This document shows positions 57,203 to 60,816 of a stretch of DNA of 60,816 bases, one piece after another (the first letter of the stretch is position 1; each line of letters opens with the position of its first letter). Source of the DNA: an uncultured Armatimonadia bacterium (GTDB taxonomy: Bacteria; Armatimonadota; Zipacnadia; UBA1398); the NCBI GenBank assembly GCA_964598695.1, contig CAZRDB010000004.1, positions 1 to 60,816 on the forward strand. Reading direction: 5' to 3'. The position numbers and the translations under genes are program-made. A model generated the notes under the pieces. That model did no database searches and was not told the DNA's origin. It saw only the letters and a list, made by a program, of their open reading frames with translations.

Positions 57203-58398
57203 CGGACGCTCTCCCCTCCGTTGGCCGCGCGGCGCGCCGCGACGACCTGCTCGACCCCGAACGCGAAGCCCACGGCCGGGGTCTCGGGCCCGCCGATCTC
57301 GGCCACGAGGTTGTCGTAGCGCCCCCCGCCTCCGATGACGGGATCGCCGCCCAGGGCGGGGACGAGGATCTCGACGACCATGCCGGTGTAGAACTCGAAG
57401 CCCCGCGCGACGCCCAGCGAGGCCTGGATCGCGACCGAACCGTCGGCGTCGATCCCCTCGAGCACGGCGCCGAGCGCTCCGAGAGCCTGCGCGGCGGGCT
57501 CACCGAGGAGCTTCGCGCCGGCTGCGAGAGTCTCGGCCGGGGCAGCATCGACGGCCGTGGCCTCCACGAGGCGCTCGGCCAGCGACGGCTCGACGCCGGC
57601 GAGCAACTCCAGGCCGCGGCGTGTCGTCGCCCGGGCGAGGCCGGGCAGGCGCTCGGCGAGATCAGCCATCGTGGCGGTGTCGTACTCGGCGGGGGGACGC
57701 ACGGCGTCCGACTCCTCGGCGCCGACGCGGCGCTGGAGCCGGTAGACCGAGGCGACGGCCTCGCGCATCCAGGAGGAAGGATCCTCCTCGTTGCGGCCCG
57801 AGGCGAGGTAGCACTCGCACCGGGTCGCGAGGGTCATCGCGTCGTCGAGCAGCGTGACGGCGACGGCGCGCTGGGGCTCGGGCAGGCTGGCGAGGGCGGA
57901 TCCGAAGACGCCGATGTGGCCCACACGGAGAACGGCGCCCGTGAGGCCGAGCGTCCTCACCGCATCGAGCGCGACCGCGAGCAGCTCGGTGTCGGCCTCG
58001 ACGCCCGCGATGCCGAACAGCTCGACGCCGCATTGGGTGAACTCGCGCTGGCGGCGGGCGCCGGTGCGGACGTAGCGGAAGCACGGGCCCGCGTAGCAGA
58101 CGCGGTGGACCGGGCCCTCACCGAGCGCGCCGCTGGCGAGCATCCGGCAGATGGGCGCGGTCATCTCGGGCCGCAGCGCGTACTCGACGCGCTCGGAGAC
58201 GAAGGTGAACATCGACTCGCGGATCGCGTCGCCGGCGCGGGCCGCGAGCAGGGCGAAGCGCTCGAAGACCGGGGTTCGGACGAGCTGGTAGCCGTGGGCG
58301 CCGAAGGAGTCTTCGAGCGCCCGGCCCGTGGAGGCAAGCTCCAGGGCCTCAGCCGGCGCGTAGTCCCGTGTGCCGCGCGGTGGCGTGAAGCGTTCCAT
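57199..58398 (-). CDS. hisZ: ATP phosphoribosyltransferase regulatory subunit (HisRS paralog lacking anticodon-binding domain)
   Basis: Class II aaRS core motifs (PRGTRDYAP, CFRYVRTGARRQREFTQCGVELFG, GFEFYTG, GGGRYDNLV). The protein ends right after the catalytic core and is coupled to hisG. Start at ATG 58398. The ORF-track extension to 58578 runs through the tRNA gene and was rejected. Confidence 0.8.
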   Translation of the reverse strand: MERFTPPRGTRDYAPAEALELASTGRALEDSFGAHGYQLVRTPVFERFALLAARAGDAIRESMFTFVSERVEYALRPEMTAPICRMLASGALGEGPVHRVCYAGPCFRYVRTGARRQREFTQCGVELFGIAGVEADTELLAVALDAVRTLGLTGAVLRVGHIGVFGSALASLPEPQRAVAVTLLDDAMTLATRCECYLASGRNEEDPSSWMREAVASVYRLQRRVGAEESDAVRPPAEYDTATMADLAERLPGLARATTRRGLELLAGVEPSLAERLVEATAVDAAPAETLAAGAKLLGEPAAQALGALGAVLEGIDADGSVAIQASLGVARGFEFYTGMVVEILVPALGGDPVIGGGGRYDNLVAEIGGPETPAVGFAFGVEQVVAARRAANGGESVR

Positions 58399-58498
58399 CA
58401 GCAGATCACGTCTCCTCCGGAGGCGCCCCGTGGGGCAGTCGGCTCTCAAGAAGCGGAACGCGCCCCGGACGGATCCGAGGCGCGATCGGGGAAGGGTT

Positions 58499-58576
58499 TG
58501 GGGCGAGCGATGGGATTTGAACCCACGATTTCCAGATCCACAATCTGGCGCCTTGACCAACTTGGCCACGCTCGCC
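58499..58576 (-). tRNA. tRNA-His (anticodon GUG), with encoded G-1 and 3' CCA
   Basis: The minus strand reads GGCGAGCGTGGCCAAGTTGGTCAAGGCGCCAGATTGTGGATCTGGAAATCGTGGGTTCAAATCCCATCGCTCGCCCCA. I folded the cloverleaf by hand: 7-bp acceptor stem plus a G-1:C73 pair, anticodon stem CCAGA/TCTGG with loop TTGTGGA, and T-arm GTGGG-TTCAAAT-CCCAT. Confidence 0.92.
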
Positions 58577-58590
58577 ATGTCGCGCAGGAG

Positions 58591-58619
58591 AATCTAGCAG
58601 GAGGCCCAGCGGCAGTCAA
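58591..58619 (-). promoter_or_regulatory. sigma70-type promoter for tRNA-His (and possibly hisZG)
   Basis: The minus strand reads TTGACT-(17 nt)-TAGATT. The -10 box ends 14 nt upstream of the tRNA 5' end. Confidence 0.55.
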
Positions 58620-58685
58620 GGCGCGGCGGGCGCGCGACACTGCCTCCACCGCCTCGCGCCGAGACCGGTCACGTCCCGGCTCATG

Positions 58686-58694
58686 TGCTATCAT
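58686..58694 (+). promoter_or_regulatory. candidate extended -10 (TGCTATCAT) for the CN-hydrolase/nadE operon
   Basis: TGnTATCAT ends 30 nt upstream of the GTG start at 58725. The -35 is poor (CGGTCA). Confidence 0.3.
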
Positions 58695-58724
58695 GCCGCG
58701 CGGGCGGCAGGGAGGTAGTGCCCC

Positions 58725-59591
58725 GTGCGGTCACGGGTCGCGCAGGTGCAGTTCCGTCCGCGCAAGGCGCGGGTCGAGGAGAACCTCGGACGCATCGCCG
58801 AGGCCGTCGTCGCGGCCGCCGAGCACGGCGCCCAGCTCGTCTGCTTCCCGGAGACCGCCCTCACCGGCTACTTCCTCATGGGCGGCGTCGAGGAGGTCGC
58901 GCTCCCGGCCGAGGACCTCGTGCAGCGGCTCGAGGTGGCTGTCCTGGGACTCCGCCACGGGACCGAGATCGAGGTCTCGCTCGGCTTCTACGAGTGGGAC
59001 CAGGGCGAGATCTTCAACTCCGTGCTCCACGCCGCTCTCGGAGGCCCCCACGGCGCCCGCATCCTCCACGTCCACCGCAAGGTCTTCCTGCCCTCGTACG
59101 GCGTCTTCGACGAGGGTCGCTACGTCTCCCGCGGACGCCGGGTCGACTGCTACGAGAGCGCGCTCGGCCGCGTCGCGACGCTGATCTGCGAGGATGCCTG
59201 GCACTCGATCACCTCGACGATCGCCGCGCTCGGCGGCGCGACCGTCCTGCTGATCGCGAGCGCCTCGCCGGCCCGCGGGATGACCGGCACGACGCCGCGG
59301 AGCACCCGCCGGTGGCGGAGCATCTGCGGGCGGATCGCCGAGGAGCACGGATGCTACGTCTTCCGCACCGACCTCGTCGGCTTCGAGGGCGGCAAGGGCT
59401 TCGCCGGCAGCTCCACGGCGCACGACCCCGACGGCGAACTGGTCACCGAGGGGCCGCTGCTCGAGGAAGCCCTGCTCATCACCGAGATCGACACCGAGGA
59501 GATCGCGGCCGCGCGCGTGCGCCAGCCGCTGACCGCCGATCTCGTCGAATCGATCGCGCTGCTCTCGGCCCAGCTTCGGCCGGAGCGCTAG
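58725..59591 (+). CDS. carbon-nitrogen hydrolase (nitrilase superfamily), probable glutaminase partner of NadE
   Basis: GGGAGG RBS. CN-hydrolase motifs LVCFPETALTGY (Glu) and TLICEDAWH (Cys). The stop lies 4 nt before nadE. Confidence 0.85.
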   Translation: MRSRVAQVQFRPRKARVEENLGRIAEAVVAAAEHGAQLVCFPETALTGYFLMGGVEEVALPAEDLVQRLEVAVLGLRHGTEIEVSLGFYEWDQGEIFNSVLHAALGGPHGARILHVHRKVFLPSYGVFDEGRYVSRGRRVDCYESALGRVATLICEDAWHSITSTIAALGGATVLLIASASPARGMTGTTPRSTRRWRSICGRIAEEHGCYVFRTDLVGFEGGKGFAGSSTAHDPDGELVTEGPLLEEALLITEIDTEEIAAARVRQPLTADLVESIALLSAQLRPER

Positions 59592-59595
59592 CGGC

Positions 59596-60495
59596 ATGGA
59601 GAAGAGGCGCCCGATGGCCACCACCCCCTGGAGCGAGCCGCACTGCTCGGCCGCGCGAGACGTCTACGACCCGAGGCGCCTCGAGCTCGACTACGCGCTC
59701 ACGGAGCGTTGGCTCGTCGAGTTCCTGCGCGACGAGGTGGCAGGGCGCCGCGGCTTCGAGCGCGTCGTCGTCGGAGTTTCGGGCGGCGTCGACTCGGCGG
59801 TCACGGCCTACCTCGCGGCCCGGGCATTCGGCCCCGCAGCCGTCTACGGCTATCGGATGCCCTACCGCACGAGCAGCCAGGAGAGCCTCGACCACGCCCA
59901 ACTCGTGATCGACGACCTCGGGATTCACGGCATCACCTACCCGATCGGCGACGCCGTCGACGCCCTGCTCGCGGGCGACGGCGAGGAGGTCTCGGCTCAC
60001 CGCCGCGGCAACGTCTGCGCCCGGATGCGGATGATCGTGCTGTTCGACCAAGCGTTCAAGCTGAGCGCGATCCCGCTCGGCACCGGCAACAAGTCGGAGC
60101 GGATGTTCGGCTACTTCACCTGGCACGGAGACGACGCCCCGCCCGTCAACCCCTTGGGCGACCTCTTCAAGACCCAGGTCTGGGGTCTCGCCCGCCACCT
60201 GGGCGTCCCCTCCGTCGTGGTTGACAAGGCGCCGACCGCCGACCTCATCGCCGGCCAGACCGACGAGGACGACCTCGGCGTGACCTACCTCCATGCCGAC
60301 CTGATCCTCGACAGCCTGCTCTCCGGAGCGACCTCCGAGCAGCTCCTCGCGCGCGGGTTCGACCCCGGTGAGGTGGCGACCGTCGCGAAGCGCGTCGCGG
60401 GCACACACTGGAAGCGCCACCTGCCCACGAGCGCGATGCTGAGCGACACCGCGATCGGCGAGTACTACCTCCGCCCCGTCGACTACGGGCTGTAG
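59596..60495 (+). CDS. nadE: NAD+ synthetase (synthetase domain only)
   Basis: PP-loop VVGVSGGVDSAV, plus GTGNKSE and FKTQV motifs typical of NadE. An alternative start at ATG 59614 is possible. Confidence 0.9.
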   Translation: MEKRRPMATTPWSEPHCSAARDVYDPRRLELDYALTERWLVEFLRDEVAGRRGFERVVVGVSGGVDSAVTAYLAARAFGPAAVYGYRMPYRTSSQESLDHAQLVIDDLGIHGITYPIGDAVDALLAGDGEEVSAHRRGNVCARMRMIVLFDQAFKLSAIPLGTGNKSERMFGYFTWHGDDAPPVNPLGDLFKTQVWGLARHLGVPSVVVDKAPTADLIAGQTDEDDLGVTYLHADLILDSLLSGATSEQLLARGFDPGEVATVAKRVAGTHWKRHLPTSAMLSDTAIGEYYLRPVDYGL

Positions 60496-60571
60496 GAGGG
60501 CCGCTCCGGGAGGGGTAGGCGGCTCGGCGGCGAACTGGTCACACGTCTCGCGTGCGTGCCCGCGTGGCCGA

Positions 60572-60816
60572 ATGGTGGCAGGACCAGTGGCTCCGCCCTC
60601 CGCGCGTCCGGTGAGTTCGCGGAAGAAGCCGGGACTACGACCGCCCGCCAGCGCCGGGCTGGTGATCCTCATCGCGCTGCTGCTCACCGGGCTCGCCGTC
60701 GGCTACCTCCGGTTCCGGGCCCCTGCCCTTCGGGCCGAGGCGCTCGCCGTGCGGCAGCGCCAGGCCGATGGGCTGGCCTACCGCCTCAGCCTCGACCTCA
60801 CCACGGCCGAGCAGCT
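60572..60816 (+). CDS. membrane-anchored protein, 5' part only (runs off the window); start uncertain
   Basis: The frame is open to the window end with G/C third positions. It encodes RKKPGLRPPASAGLVILIALLLTGLAVGYL (one TM). Candidate starts are ATG 60572 and GTG 60587, 60611 or 60659. No clear RBS. Confidence 0.35.
   Translation, partial: MVAGPVAPPSARPVSSRKKPGLRPPASAGLVILIALLLTGLAVGYLRFRAPALRAEALAVRQRQADGLAYRLSLDLTTAEQ

Noticed and set aside
57199-58578. The ORF-track version of hisZ, extended 60 codons upstream (MASVAKLVKAPDCGSGNRGFKSHRSPQ...).
   Set aside because: The extension is simply a translation through the tRNA-His gene and its spacer. The HisZ homology starts at MERFTPPRGTRDY (ATG 58398).
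60558-60600. GCCCGCGTGGCCGAATGGTGGCAGG resembles a tRNA acceptor stem plus D-arm.
   Set aside because: No anticodon stem, T-arm or matching 3' acceptor strand can be folded. It lies in or near the start region of the last partial CDS.

Overview
This is a very GC-rich, gene-dense bacterial chromosomal segment. By eye the GC content is roughly 70 percent, with third codon positions almost all G/C, and strong GGAGG-type ribosome-binding sites are common. I call 46 protein-coding genes (2 cut by the window edges), one tRNA-His(GUG), three promoter-like sites and two GC-rich hairpin terminators between convergent genes. I recognised no CRISPR array, rRNA, transposase, integrase or phage gene, and no noncoding gap longer than about 220 nt.

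Gene content falls into four groups.
(1) A co-directional minus-strand string at 0.9-12.8 kb: bifunctional-nuclease-like protein, UPF0182 membrane protein, a small His-rich membrane protein, MoxR AAA+ ATPase, DUF58, two secreted transglutaminase-like paralogs and a GH51 arabinofuranosidase.
(2) A second minus-strand string at 14.6-26.6 kb: cysS, two paralogous secreted proteins of unrecognised family, a DUF5060/GH5-like hydrolase, a WbsX/GH99-like enzyme, a HEAT-repeat protein, a membrane-embedded spermidine-synthase-like protein and a soluble ABC/AAA_21-type ATPase.
(3) A glycan-utilisation landscape at 28-56 kb: SGNH esterase, GH29 fucosidase, two GH36/clan-D alpha-galactosidase-like enzymes, a Tat-exported GH109-like oxidoreductase, an alpha/beta hydrolase, a URO-D-like protein, two sugar ABC importers including a clear araFGH, and two aldo-keto-reductase/ferredoxin fusions.
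(4) Housekeeping genes at the right end: tRNA-His, hisZ-hisG, and a split CN-hydrolase + nadE pair.

The best candidate for something undescribed is the translationally coupled four-gene module at 19.7-25.2 kb. Its two leading genes encode a roughly 150-aa module present four times that I cannot assign to any family. Secondary candidates are:
- the MoxR-DUF58 module with two exported TGase-like paralogs and a His-rich membrane protein
- the HEAT / degenerate membrane SpeE-like / orphan ATPase trio
- a Cys-rich sensor kinase
- the tRNA-His gene promoter-proximal to hisZG

Limits: all family assignments come from motif recognition by eye, not from database searches. Start codons are chosen from RBS context. 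Most long ORFs in the six-frame track are antisense shadows typical of high-GC DNA.
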